Positions 28,146-36,827 of a DNA stretch of 64,000 nucleotides are shown here, in pieces. Position numbers and translations under genes: made by a program. The first letter of the stretch is position 1. Each line of letters opens with the position of its first letter. Under the pieces are notes generated by a model, which was given only the letters and a program-made list of their open reading frames with translations, had not been told where the DNA came from and made no database searches. This stretch comes from an uncultured bacterium (lineage in GTDB: Bacteria; Hydrothermota; UBA3072), in NCBI GenBank assembly GCA_964556365.1, contig CAZKVT010000006.1, positions 25,114 through 89,113 of the forward strand, read 5' to 3'.

Positions 28146-29543
28146 TTAATCCAGATATCCCAGATTTTTTAAACGCTCTTCTATTTCCTTATTAATTTCG
28201 ACTTCTCCATCATTATGATAACAGGCTTTGTTTTCGACAAACTGCTTCAATTTTCCAAACAATTCTTCTTCTTTTTCCTTTTTTAAACCGGAAAGGTTTT
28301 TCTTTTCCCCCGGGTCTGAAGAAAGTTCAAACAATTCAATATTATTTGTTTTAATAGTTTTATCTTTTTCTTTCTGAAAGATTTTTTTAACTTTTTTTCT
28401 AAAATAACTTTTCCCCGCTTTCATTAAACCTCTAAGCATCTTGAATTCTCCTTTTCTTAGAAAGGTTATCAGTGCAGAGAACCCCTGTTTAAGCATACTA
28501 CCTTCTTTTTCATACAATATTATTTTCCACGAATCTTCTATCAGAGTTCGTAGCTTTAACTGTTCGTGCGTTCTATCCCTTTCAGAATAAGCAGGAAAAT
28601 CACAATGAACTACCGTTTCATCCTCTACATATTTCTTTAAACTAATTCCCTGAACTGTATCCGGCACTGTTAAATTTGAATATTCAAGCAGGGTCGGGAA
28701 CAAATCTACAGCTCTAACTCTACCGCTAATAAATTTCCCCTTTTTTATGCCCGGACCCACAATTATTAAAGGAACAGATATCATTTCATTATATAATTTA
28801 GCACTATGATACAAACCACCGTGCTCAAGTAATTCAATACCGTGATCAGCAGTTAATACAACAATAGTTTTTTCCAGGAGATTTTTTCCTTCAAGATGCT
28901 TCACTAAATTCCCAATAACACCGTCCGAATATCTAACCTCTCCCGCATACAGTTCTTTAAGTATTTTTAACTCATCGGGTAAAATATCAACCTTGCCTGT
29001 AGATCTTAGCCCAGCCTGAAATTTGCGCATAACCTTTTCTTTTTCTTCTCTGCCTTCAGCAGTATGAACAGTATACGGCTGATGGGTATCCATGTACTGC
29101 ACGTAGAAGAAAAAAGGCTTGTCAGCGTTCTCATTTATCCCTTTAATAATTTCCTCATTTAACAAATTACCATCATCGTTATTTATAAAACCACTAATAT
29201 TAAATCCCTTTTCATAGCCTGTTCCGGAACTTAAATACGGATTAGAAGTAAAATGACCTGTTTCATAACCGGCGTCTCTATAAACTTCCGCAATAGTCGG
29301 TAACTCATTGGGTATTTTGTGTAATATCTTAGTAACATTATGCGTAAAAGGATATGTACCGGTAATAATAGAAGCAACAGAAGTTTTTGTCCATGATGAT
29401 TGCGTTATCATTTTCTCAAAACATACACCTTTTTTTGAGAAATCTTTCAAAAAAGGTGTCAAACCCTTAGCATCATTTTTGTTTACATCGACATAATCTG
29501 CTCTAAGACAATCTACAACCAGAAATAAAACATTATTTTTCAT
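28146..29543 (-). CDS. Sulfatase-like hydrolase/transferase (AlkP superfamily, Thr nucleophile, no CxPxR)
   Basis: 'LVVDCLRAD', 'SSWTKTSVASIITG', 'YMDTHQPY', 'TADHG', 'VPLII', tail RLKNLGYLD; no signal peptide. Confidence 0.8.
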   Translation of the reverse strand: MKNNVLFLVVDCLRADYVDVNKNDAKGLTPFLKDFSKKGVCFEKMITQSSWTKTSVASIITGTYPFTHNVTKILHKIPNELPTIAEVYRDAGYETGHFTSNPYLSSGTGYEKGFNISGFINNDDGNLLNEEIIKGINENADKPFFFYVQYMDTHQPYTVHTAEGREEKEKVMRKFQAGLRSTGKVDILPDELKILKELYAGEVRYSDGVIGNLVKHLEGKNLLEKTIVVLTADHGIELLEHGGLYHSAKLYNEMISVPLIIVGPGIKKGKFISGRVRAVDLFPTLLEYSNLTVPDTVQGISLKKYVEDETVVHCDFPAYSERDRTHEQLKLRTLIEDSWKIILYEKEGSMLKQGFSALITFLRKGEFKMLRGLMKAGKSYFRKKVKKIFQKEKDKTIKTNNIELFELSSDPGEKKNLSGLKKEKEEELFGKLKQFVENKACYHNDGEVEINKEIEERLKNLGYLD

Positions 29544-29555
29544 TCAACCTCCAAA

Positions 29556-30398
29556 TCAAGGGACTATCTCTCTCAAAGTTAAAATTTCATAACCACTATT
29601 TAACGCAGATTTTATTATATTTTCTAAGATAGTCAAGGCACGAATCCCTTCTACAGAAGGATGGCCGTAAAAAACGGCTATTTCTCTTTCTTCTACTTTA
29701 CTTAATACTTCTTTCACAATCTCCTTTTCATTCATCCCCATATAAAACAGTTTATTTATTAAAGAAGCTCTGGGGGTAGTGACAATATTAACAGGAATTT
29801 GATAATGATTAAGTTCTTTATCTCCTAAAATAGGCTTAAAGGGGACTTCCCCTTCCATATCACTCGAATATTTGAACCCAAAATCATCTATAAGATTCAA
29901 AACATCTTCATTATAAGAAAATCCCGGACAACAAAAACCATATGGTCTCCCAAAAAATTCCGTAAATCTATTATAAGCAGGTGTTAACAAATCTCTAATT
30001 TCTTCATAATTCATGCTGTTCAGTTTATACTGCCACAACATGTGATCCATACCTCCGTGTAAGCCCAACTCATGTCCGGATGATGCTGCTTTGGATAAAA
30101 TATCTTTGTATTTAATTCCAATATAGGGATTTTCAATCACGGTTTGCAAAATACCCATTAATCCATGTTTTTTTAACAAATCCTTTCTTTTTAATGCGCT
30201 ATTAACTTTAGAATTAACTTGTTCTGTTTTCGCGGAACCCCTCCTTGCAGAAAATACTTTCCAGTTGAAAGATCTTCCCATGTTAACATAAAAAGAAAAT
30301 CTTACTCCAAGCGAATTGGCTAAAGAAAGAAGTTTTGGTACTCCCACTTTAATATCTCCAATTCCATCAATATCGAATCTAAAAGAAAGAGTTTTCAA
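29556..30398 (-). CDS. ArnD-like polysaccharide deacetylase/deformylase
   Basis: 'FRFDID...GVPKLL...FSFYVNMG', 'LHGGMDHMLWQ', 'PG', 'YSSD', 'GHP', matching the ArnD motif order. Confidence 0.72.
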   Translation of the reverse strand: MKTLSFRFDIDGIGDIKVGVPKLLSLANSLGVRFSFYVNMGRSFNWKVFSARRGSAKTEQVNSKVNSALKRKDLLKKHGLMGILQTVIENPYIGIKYKDILSKAASSGHELGLHGGMDHMLWQYKLNSMNYEEIRDLLTPAYNRFTEFFGRPYGFCCPGFSYNEDVLNLIDDFGFKYSSDMEGEVPFKPILGDKELNHYQIPVNIVTTPRASLINKLFYMGMNEKEIVKEVLSKVEEREIAVFYGHPSVEGIRALTILENIIKSALNSGYEILTLREIVP

Positions 30399-30466
30399 TA
30401 TAATTCCCTTTGCCTTTTCATTAATATAAACCTATATATAAAAACATAAGAAATTTACAAGGAAAA

Positions 30467-31759
30467 TCAATTGGACAATTTTTCAAGTATTATTCTTAAG
30501 GGATCTTGAATCGAATTCACCAAACTCAAATCAAACCCTTTACCAAAAATAACCGCATCTTCATATGTATGCATTCCATCTATTGCTCCGGGTTTCTGGC
30601 AAAGTTCACCCGTATTTACATTACCCTTTAAATCAAAACCCCATCTTGGATGAACTATTATGTCCGCCGCATTCTTGATATAATCCCCTGAATATATCTC
30701 TTCGCGCAAAAAAGCTTTCTCTATTATCTGCTCACCTTCAGGAGATTTTAAACCTAATAATTTATCTTTGAGTTCCGCTCTTAATTTATCATACTCGTCA
30801 GTCGAAACGGAACCCCTCGCTTCTCTTCCCTCGAGATTTATAAAAACCCTGCCCGGAATAAGGGAAAAAGCTTTTGAGTCACGTGAGAGTTCTGTAACAT
30901 TACGGGGATTATCAACCTCCCAGAGAAGATAACCTTCATCCTCTAAAAATTGGTTTAACTGAACATTATATTTAACTCTACAGAAACCGTGATCGGATAA
31001 AACGATAAATATATCTTCATCATTGAGTAATTCATACGTCTTCCCTATCCATTCATCCAATTTAGTGTAAAATCTGTCAAAATCTTCCTTAAACTCACCA
31101 TTATCCTCATAATCTCCCCAGAAGAAATGATTAATTCTATCTGTTTCCATTATATGACACTGGGCAAGAAAATAATCGTCCTTTGACAACAGATCAAAAA
31201 AAACTTCCATTCTTATATCGAGCGCCCTATGTAACTCGTCCATAAATTTTCTTCTATTTGTATGACCAAAACGCGGATCAACATCTATTACGTAACCTTT
31301 TTCTTTTAAATAATCAACATAAGAAGAAGGTTTAACTACTTTTTCTATAACCGGAGTAAGAAAACCGGACACCAAAATCCCATTAACTTCTTCGGGAGGA
31401 AAAGTAACGGGAACATTCATAACAAGAACTTTCTTCCCTTCCTCGGAAAGTTTTTTCCAGAACGTTTTGGCTGTTCTATCCATAGCCAGAGGAATCTTTA
31501 AGCCGAAAGGGCTGGTAGTTCGATCAACAAAACCAAAAATAGAATGTTCTGCGGGATTTTTACCTGTCATATATGAAGTCCACGCTACAGAAGAAACAGT
31601 AGGATAAACCGAATTATACTTTTTCAAATCTTCGTTTTCTTTAGTTATTTTTTCTATGTTTTCAAATCTTCCCAGATCCAACCCTTTTTTCAAAAAACTA
31701 TAAGGTACACCATCAATACCTAAAACAACTATTTTTTTCTTCCTTTTCTTAAAAAACAT
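30467..31759 (-). CDS. Alkaline phosphatase superfamily protein (type I phosphodiesterase/nucleotide pyrophosphatase-like)
   Basis: 'LGIDG', 'YPTVSSVAWTSYMTG' (Ser nucleophile), 'ETDRINH', 'SDHGF', 'GMH'. Confidence 0.82.
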   Translation of the reverse strand: MFFKKRKKKIVVLGIDGVPYSFLKKGLDLGRFENIEKITKENEDLKKYNSVYPTVSSVAWTSYMTGKNPAEHSIFGFVDRTTSPFGLKIPLAMDRTAKTFWKKLSEEGKKVLVMNVPVTFPPEEVNGILVSGFLTPVIEKVVKPSSYVDYLKEKGYVIDVDPRFGHTNRRKFMDELHRALDIRMEVFFDLLSKDDYFLAQCHIMETDRINHFFWGDYEDNGEFKEDFDRFYTKLDEWIGKTYELLNDEDIFIVLSDHGFCRVKYNVQLNQFLEDEGYLLWEVDNPRNVTELSRDSKAFSLIPGRVFINLEGREARGSVSTDEYDKLRAELKDKLLGLKSPEGEQIIEKAFLREEIYSGDYIKNAADIIVHPRWGFDLKGNVNTGELCQKPGAIDGMHTYEDAVIFGKGFDLSLVNSIQDPLRIILEKLSN

Positions 31760-31774
31760 TAAATTCTCCCTTAT

Positions 31775-32536
31775 TTATAAAACTTTGATCAAAGTAGCCA
31801 ATCCAAGAAAAACGGTTATCACTCCAATCGCAATAACATGCTTCTTTCCATCGCTCCTCTGCACCATACGAACCGCAAAAGGTATAGCAAGAATACTGCC
31901 AAAGAGTAATGGCAGGACAGGCATAAAATCTATAACTTGCACCTTTAAAAGATAAACCAAAAGCGCCACAAGACAGGTTATTGCTTCAGTAAATGAACTT
32001 ATGCTAACCGAACTCTTAGAATCCAAACCGGATAAAATTTGTCCGCTTGTAATAATCGGACCATAACCACCTCCGCTAATCCCTTTATTAAAAGAAGCAA
32101 AAAAACCTAAAAAATTTATCTTTAACCAGCTAAAACCAATCCTTTTCTCCTTAAATACAAGAACAAGTATACCCATCAAAAAAGCTATTAACCCAACATA
32201 AATTTTTACAAAAAACTGAGAAATATTAACTGCAAGAAATGCGGCGCTACCGCCACCTACTATACTAAAAAAAGTTAAAACCAAAGCAACTTTAAACGAC
32301 TCACCATCTATGGAGAAATCGACATTACCACATCGCTGATGAAATATAGCAGAAAGAATTCCAGTAAAAACCTGCACAAATAGAAGGGAAGGCACAATTT
32401 GAATAGGATTGAAACCAAGTAAAATAAAAACAGGTACAACGATAGTACCAAAACCTTCTCCGAGGGCAGTATTTAAAAACTGTGCGATAAAAGATACAAA
32501 AATTATGAGAATTATAACGGAAACACTAAATTCCAC
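31775..32536 (-). CDS. TauE/SafE (TSUP, DUF81) family permease, probable sulfate uptake
   Basis: About 8 TM segments with duplicated 'LGEGFG' / 'SGGGYGP' motifs; directly downstream of cysN. Confidence 0.78.
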   Translation of the reverse strand: MEFSVSVIILIIFVSFIAQFLNTALGEGFGTIVVPVFILLGFNPIQIVPSLLFVQVFTGILSAIFHQRCGNVDFSIDGESFKVALVLTFFSIVGGGSAAFLAVNISQFFVKIYVGLIAFLMGILVLVFKEKRIGFSWLKINFLGFFASFNKGISGGGYGPIITSGQILSGLDSKSSVSISSFTEAITCLVALLVYLLKVQVIDFMPVLPLLFGSILAIPFAVRMVQRSDGKKHVIAIGVITVFLGLATLIKVL

Positions 32537-32545
32537 AGAATTCTC

Positions 32546-33778
32546 TCAAAGGATAATACCACCGGCTACTACGTCGTTGCCTCTAACCAGAACAAACCTT
32601 CCCATTTCTTTAACATCTACGAACTTCGTAAAAGCGAGTGGTTTTTTTGTTTTTATCTCTACCTCTCCTATTTCAAGATTGTTAATTGAAGAAGCTTTCT
32701 CCTCTAAAACCTCAAGAGAAGAAGAATCTACTCTTTCTCTAATCTCCGTAATATTTGCTTTAGTCTCCTGTGTTGCCAACCTAAAACCAATTTTCTCATC
32801 TTTATTGAAAGCTTCTTTTGACAACCAGATAAGACTGGAACTAATCTTATCATCTATAGTAAGTTCTTTTTCTTCTACACAAAGTACATTTCCTCTTTCC
32901 AGAAACACAGGATCATTAGTAATAATACCGATAGATTCTCCCGCCACCGCTTCATCCGTTGATTCATTAAATTTCTCTATAGATTTTACAGACGTTTCAC
33001 CAGTACCGGGAAGTATTTTTACTTTCATCCCGGTACGAAGTACTCCTGATTCTATTCTACCTACCGCAATTCTTTTACCTGATATTTTATAGACATCCTG
33101 TATCGGAAAAATCAAACCTTTATTTTCAAGCGAAACATCATTTTCAAGCGAATCGAGGGACTCGAGAACAGTCATCCCTTTATACCATTTCATTTTTTCT
33201 GAATGCTTCGCTACATTATCTCCCTTTAAAGCCGAAATGGGAATATAATAATCCGGGTCCAAATTTATCGAATTTAAAAATTCATGGACTTTATCTTTAA
33301 GAATATTAAAATGCGTTTCTTCATAATTGACAATATCCATTTTGTTTATAACAACAATTATTTGCTCTAAACCAAGCATTGATACCAGATTAGCATGTCT
33401 CTTTGTTTGTTCTCCCACACCTTCTTCTGCGTCAACAATCAACAACGCCGCTTCCGCCTGTGAAGCGCCTGTAAGCATATTTTTAACAAATTCGATATGG
33501 CCCGGCGCGTCGATAATTACATATTCTCTTTTGTCAGTGTGGAAAAAAGTATGCGCGGTATCTATTGTTATACCCTGTTCTCGTTCTTCCCGAAGATGAT
33601 CCATGATAAAAGCAAACTCCATTTCTCCATCCATTCTTTCCTCTGATGCTTTTTTAAGTTCGGCTATCTTATCTGGCGGGAGAGAATTCGTATCATAAAA
33701 AAGACGCCCTATCAAAGTTGACTTTCCGTGATCGATATGTCCTACTAAAACAAAATTTAAAGGATTTTTGTCATTCAT
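32546..33778 (-). CDS. cysN: Sulfate adenylyltransferase subunit 1 (GTPase), no fused APS kinase
   Basis: 'GHIDHGKSTLIGRL', 'REQGITID', 'DAPGH', 'NKMD', 'SALKGDNV'; ends after domain III. Confidence 0.88.
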   Translation of the reverse strand: MNDKNPLNFVLVGHIDHGKSTLIGRLFYDTNSLPPDKIAELKKASEERMDGEMEFAFIMDHLREEREQGITIDTAHTFFHTDKREYVIIDAPGHIEFVKNMLTGASQAEAALLIVDAEEGVGEQTKRHANLVSMLGLEQIIVVINKMDIVNYEETHFNILKDKVHEFLNSINLDPDYYIPISALKGDNVAKHSEKMKWYKGMTVLESLDSLENDVSLENKGLIFPIQDVYKISGKRIAVGRIESGVLRTGMKVKILPGTGETSVKSIEKFNESTDEAVAGESIGIITNDPVFLERGNVLCVEEKELTIDDKISSSLIWLSKEAFNKDEKIGFRLATQETKANITEIRERVDSSSLEVLEEKASSINNLEIGEVEIKTKKPLAFTKFVDVKEMGRFVLVRGNDVVAGGIIL

Positions 33779-33785
33779 AATTATT

Positions 33786-34586
33786 CTACATATATCCGAG
33801 CGCTCGTAATTTTTGCATCATATAATCCGATTCTTTATCCTGTGACCTGCCACTTCTCTCGGAAATATCTGTTTCTTCAAGTTCTCGAATCATTTTATCA
33901 AGCGTATCGGCATCAGAATCAATAGGATCAACACAGGGTTCACAACCAATACTCCTGAAACGTTTACCATTCTTAGCGAAATAAAGACTCACTACCGGAA
34001 TTTCTTCTTTTTTAATATATCTCCATATATCCACTTCCGTCCATCCAAGCAGGGGGTGAACCCTCAAGTGTTCTTCCTCTTTAGCTTTTGATTTATATTG
34101 ATCCCAGAGTTCCGGGGGTTGATTCTTATAATCCCATTCAAAATCCTCATCCCTCGGAGAGAAAACTCTTTCCTTTGCCCTTATTCCATGCTCATCCCTT
34201 CTTATTCCAAGATAAAGAGCCCGAAAACCGTACTTATTTATGGCATCTTTTAATGCATTGGTCTTTAACTGGGTACAGCATTCTAATTTAGACTTATGCG
34301 GTCCCATACCACAACGAATAGCTTCTTCGTTACGATGTACAATAAGTTTAAGATTCCACTTTTTCGTGTATTCATCTCTAAAATCGTAAATTTCCTTAAA
34401 TTTATAACCGGTATCTATATGTACCACCGGAAAAGGAACTTCTCCTAAGAAAGCTTTCCTTATAAGATGTAAAAGTGTTGTAGAATCCTTACCAATAGAC
34501 CACAAAGCAGCCACTTTTTGGAACTGATTGTAAGCTTCTCTTATAATATAAATACTGTTATTTTCTAATTTATCTAAATGATCCAT
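33786..34586 (-). CDS. cysD: Sulfate adenylyltransferase subunit 2
   Basis: 'WSIGKDS', 'HIDTG', 'GIRRDEH..RAKER', 'RVHPL', 'RSIGC'. Start at ATG 34586 (SD GGAGG); the ORF-track TTG at 34643 is the -35 box. Confidence 0.92.
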   Translation of the reverse strand: MDHLDKLENNSIYIIREAYNQFQKVAALWSIGKDSTTLLHLIRKAFLGEVPFPVVHIDTGYKFKEIYDFRDEYTKKWNLKLIVHRNEEAIRCGMGPHKSKLECCTQLKTNALKDAINKYGFRALYLGIRRDEHGIRAKERVFSPRDEDFEWDYKNQPPELWDQYKSKAKEEEHLRVHPLLGWTEVDIWRYIKKEEIPVVSLYFAKNGKRFRSIGCEPCVDPIDSDADTLDKMIRELEETDISERSGRSQDKESDYMMQKLRALGYM

Positions 34587-34615
34587 TATTCCTCCAAAGA
34601 AACAAATTCCGAAAT

Positions 34616-34766
34616 ATATTAATATTTTAAATTTTAATGTCAAGGTGCAAAAACTTCTATCAACTTAGCGCTATAGGTTTTTTACCCTTAAGAAAGTGAT
34701 TTTGGGCAACACTATGATTTTGTGGGGAAATTTTTCCCTTGACATATCTTTTTAAATAACTATAAT
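34616..34766. promoter_or_regulatory. Divergent promoters: cysD TTGACA-16-TAATAT (minus) and lipoprotein TTGACA-16-TATAAT (plus)
   Basis: Hexamers at 34638-34643/34616-34621 and 34739-34744/34761-34766. Confidence 0.65.
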
Positions 34767-34788
34767 TATAATACTAAAGGAGGAATTT

Positions 34789-36654
34789 ATGAAAAATTCG
34801 ACAAAAATAATATTCTTTTCGTTAGTTTTATTAACTCTATTTAATTGTTCCGAAAATAGTTCACCTGAAACATCTTCCGCTCCCTCTGGACCATCTACAG
34901 CCGAAGCCCATAGCTATCTATCTTATACATTTTCAACGACAGATCCTGACGGTGACGACATATCTTATCAATTCGACTGGGGAGACGGGAATCTATCAGA
35001 ATGGACTGATTTCATGGAAGCCGGACAAACTATTTCACAGAATTACGTATGGCGTGAAACAGGAACCTTTAGTATAAAGGTAAGAGCTATGGATACAAAA
35101 GAGAAGATATCCGACTGGTCAGAGGCTCTTGCTATAAACATTGTCACATGTACTAATTTCCCTCCAAATACCCCCTCTGCACCTTCAGGAATCGATAGTG
35201 GATTTGCGCACACTACCTATACTTTTTATACGGGTACAACTGACCCTGAAGGAGACAGTATATCTTATCAATTCGACTGGGGTGACGGAAATTTATCATA
35301 TTGGACTGATTTCATGGAATCCGGCGATACAGTATCCGTAAATCACGCATGGCAAGATACAGGGAATTACAATATAAATGTCAGAGCTATTGATACAAGA
35401 AATAAAATAAGCATTTGGTCAGAAGCTCATCCGATAAATATATATACTAACTTACCACCAAACCAGCCGCTTGCACCTTCAGGTGTGGACAGTGGATTTG
35501 GAGACACTACATATACATTTTATGCGAGCACAACCGATCCTGAAGGAGACAGTATATCGTATCAATTCGACTGGGGGGATGGCAATCTAACTTATTGGAC
35601 CGATTTTCATCCTGCAGGAGATATTGTATCAATGGAACATTTTTGGAGTTACAATGGAATATATTCCATTAAAGTTCACGCAAAAGATATAAATAATTTA
35701 GAATCAGATTGGTCCGCTGAACATCAAATACATATTCTCTCTAATGGGACACCACCCCCAGAAGATTCTTTTCCGGATAAAGTAATCACAGTTATCGACG
35801 TTGGAGACGGTCCTATGGGATTCGATTTTCTCCCAAACGGAGAATATGCATATATAACCAATTGCAATAGCAATGATATATACCTTATAAAAACTTCAGA
35901 TCACACAGTTGCCGATATATTTCCACTGGGTTCCGAACCGAACTATGCGGCAGCACTTCCAAACGGCGAGTATGTATATGTTACGGACCATCACGATTCC
36001 TGCGCTTATGTAATGCGGACCTCGGATAATGAAGTAATCGACACGATAAAATTAGGAGGCGGTCCTCATACCATCGTCTCACTTCCAAACGGAGAATATT
36101 TGTATGCGACAAATAGCTGGACCAACGAAGTAAGTGTTATAAGAACTTCCGACAACACAGTTGTCGCTACCATACCGGTTGGAGAAGATCCAAGAGGTAT
36201 AGAAGCACTCCCAAACGGAGAATATGTTTACGTCGCATGTATGGGTCCCAGTCGTGTTTACGTAATAAGGACATCCGATAATACGGTAGTTGATAATATA
36301 CAAGTAAATCACTGGCCTCACACGATTACAACACACCCTGACGGAGATTATGTTTATGCTACCTGGGATTTTGGTAGCGAGATTTATGTTATAGAAACCA
36401 GCACGAATACACTGGTTAAAAACATTACTGTGGGAAATACACCTAAAGGAATAGCCGTATTGCCAACCGGAGACTATATATACGTATCGAATCGAGCAAG
36501 CAGCAGTATATCCGTAATCAGGGAATCTGATAACACAATTGTAAAAACCATACCAGTACAATATGCACCTCTTTACATGAAATCCGCACCAAATGGAGAA
36601 TTTCTTTATGTAACACACGGGCGAAGTGATATAGTTACTGTAATAGGATATTAA
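34789..36654 (+). CDS. Surface lipoprotein with three PKD/Ig-like repeats and a YVTN-type beta-propeller
   Basis: Signal ending LFNC; three 'TDP(D/E)GDxISYQFDWGD' modules; seven or so 'PNGEYxYV...S' blades. Confidence 0.8.
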   Translation: MKNSTKIIFFSLVLLTLFNCSENSSPETSSAPSGPSTAEAHSYLSYTFSTTDPDGDDISYQFDWGDGNLSEWTDFMEAGQTISQNYVWRETGTFSIKVRAMDTKEKISDWSEALAINIVTCTNFPPNTPSAPSGIDSGFAHTTYTFYTGTTDPEGDSISYQFDWGDGNLSYWTDFMESGDTVSVNHAWQDTGNYNINVRAIDTRNKISIWSEAHPINIYTNLPPNQPLAPSGVDSGFGDTTYTFYASTTDPEGDSISYQFDWGDGNLTYWTDFHPAGDIVSMEHFWSYNGIYSIKVHAKDINNLESDWSAEHQIHILSNGTPPPEDSFPDKVITVIDVGDGPMGFDFLPNGEYAYITNCNSNDIYLIKTSDHTVADIFPLGSEPNYAAALPNGEYVYVTDHHDSCAYVMRTSDNEVIDTIKLGGGPHTIVSLPNGEYLYATNSWTNEVSVIRTSDNTVVATIPVGEDPRGIEALPNGEYVYVACMGPSRVYVIRTSDNTVVDNIQVNHWPHTITTHPDGDYVYATWDFGSEIYVIETSTNTLVKNITVGNTPKGIAVLPTGDYIYVSNRASSSISVIRESDNTIVKTIPVQYAPLYMKSAPNGEFLYVTHGRSDIVTVIGY

Positions 36655-36827
36655 CCAATATAAAACATCATTTTGTTTCTTTGAATTCCGGAAAGAACTC
36701 ATTCTTCGGAAACAACTTTTTGTTGATAATATTCAGGTTATTTTTAAATAATAAAAGTACGAATTCAGCTTAAAAAATAGAACTTACAAAATCTCTCTTT
36801 TCGTAGTATAGCAACTATCTTAACAGT

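Noticed and set aside
34587-34643. N-terminal extensions in the ORF track (cysD; similarly tetR, dut, the epimerase and ORFs 54087 and 58282)
   Set aside because: The extensions run through promoter boxes or upstream genes; downstream starts have better SD sites or match family N-termini.
36686-36711. Bidirectional terminator between the lipoprotein gene and topA
   Set aside because: The hairpin needs a bulge and lacks a clean adjacent U-tract; too weak to list as a feature.
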